Below, piece after piece: positions 62,814 to 64,000 of a DNA stretch of 64,000 bases. The stretch is from positions 392,832,001 to 392,896,000 of the forward strand of contig OZ024741.1 in assembly GCA_964016885.1 (NCBI GenBank). The letters run 5' to 3'. Under the pieces are notes generated by a model. The model saw only the letters and a program-made list of their open reading frames with translations, searched no databases and was not told where the DNA came from. Origin of the DNA: Eledone cirrhosa (taxonomy: Eukaryota). The position numbers and the translations under genes are program-made. Positions within the stretch are counted from its first letter, which is position 1; every line of letters starts with the position of its first letter.

Positions 62814-64000
62814 GTTCTTTGAGTCTCTGTCATTGATGTTATTTAACTGGAAAGTTTGTTGAAATGAATATCAAGCCACTACCTGCAGCCTCAGATATTC
62901 AGGACGTATCAGAGGGTTCTTGCTGTTCCCAGCAAGCATGCCTTTTGAAGTGTTCCAAAAAGCGGGGATGGACTAACTTTCTTTAACCATCCTTGGAAAC
63001 TCTTTGAGCTAGTACCTAGTGCGCCTATGACAATCGGGACCACTTTGACTTCATGGCAGTTCCAAATCCTTTTTACCTCCCACTTTAAGTCCTGGAATCG
63101 GTTAATTTTCGCCCTCTCCTTCTCTTGCACTCTCGTGTCGAATGGGCTGGCTACATCTACAATGAGGCACGATGTTTTTTCCTTGTCCAAAACACCAGGT
63201 CAGGTCTATTGGGTCCGTCTGTATCCTAAAATACCACAGCACCTTCACCTGATCGTTTTCTATCACCGACTCTGGCTTATGCTCATACTACTTCTCAGAA
63301 TGTCGTAAATTGTTTACTTTGCATAGGTGCCAGTGGATCACCCTGCCCATCACATCATATCTCCAGCCTTTATAGTGAGTCTGGGCTAGGTGTTTACACT
63401 CGGATACAATGTGAGCCACAGTCTCCTCTCTCTCTCCACAGATCCTACACAGTGGGCTAGCCTCCTCCTTGTATATGTGGTGTTTCACCCACTTCGTTTT
63501 GAGGGCCTGCTCTTGCGCAGCCATTAGCATTCCTTCTGTAGCCGTTTTAAGGTCTCCTCTTTTCAACCAGTTCCATGTCTGTGGATCTCTAAGTTCAGTT
63601 TTCTCAAAGAAGATACTATGAAGGGATTTTTCCTGAAGGCTGCTCTTTTTCCTTGTTGTTATTTCCTCCTTGGACATCCCCTGGTCTATTGTTCTCGCCT
63701 TCAGTACAATTCTGAGCATTGGCTCCTTACTATCAGTCACGTATTGGTGTAGGTTGTTTTTCTCCATCTGAACATAGTCCTCTTTGCTGATAAGACCTCT
63801 TCCACCTTCAGATCTTCTTAAGTAGAGTCTATCGACATCACTCCTTTTGTGGAACATGTTGTAGATAGTCAATAGCTTCCTAGCCTTCCTATCCATTTCT
63901 TTTTGTTCAGCAACATTCCATTTCAGAATTCCCGCACTGTACCTAATAATAGACAGTGCTCGGGAATTTACTGCACTTATGGCATTCCTACTGTTCAGAT
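62814..64000 (-). mobile_element. R4/Dong retrotransposon (family A, copy D3), 3' part; continues beyond the window
   Basis: DVDRLYLRRSEGGRGL, AAQEQAL, CRIC and the family-A 3' UTR, with several lesions. Confidence 0.92.

Overview
Eukaryotic, repeat-dominated animal DNA. The tRNA-derived SINE families and microsatellite load suggest an octopod cephalopod (inferred, not proven). The only host gene I can support is an intronless TPPP/p25-alpha CDS (38529-39065). The rest is mobile DNA: a CR1-type LINE, a CRE-clade element, a young non-autonomous LTR element (tRNA-Trp PBS, GCAG TSD) inserted in a SINE, a full-length decayed Helitron, a 508-bp non-autonomous Helitron, several Tx1-clade (L1-like) LINEs and many R4/Dong-clade RLE retrotransposons. 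The main structure is a ~19.5-kb array (44485-64000) of seven non-LTR insertions separated only by (TAA/TTA)n microsatellite. In it the Dong/R4 copies all lie in one orientation and the Tx1 copies in the opposite one. This points to a shared, self-regenerating (TAA)n target and to a candidate (TTA)n-specific Tx1 lineage. All calls were read by eye; no searches were run.
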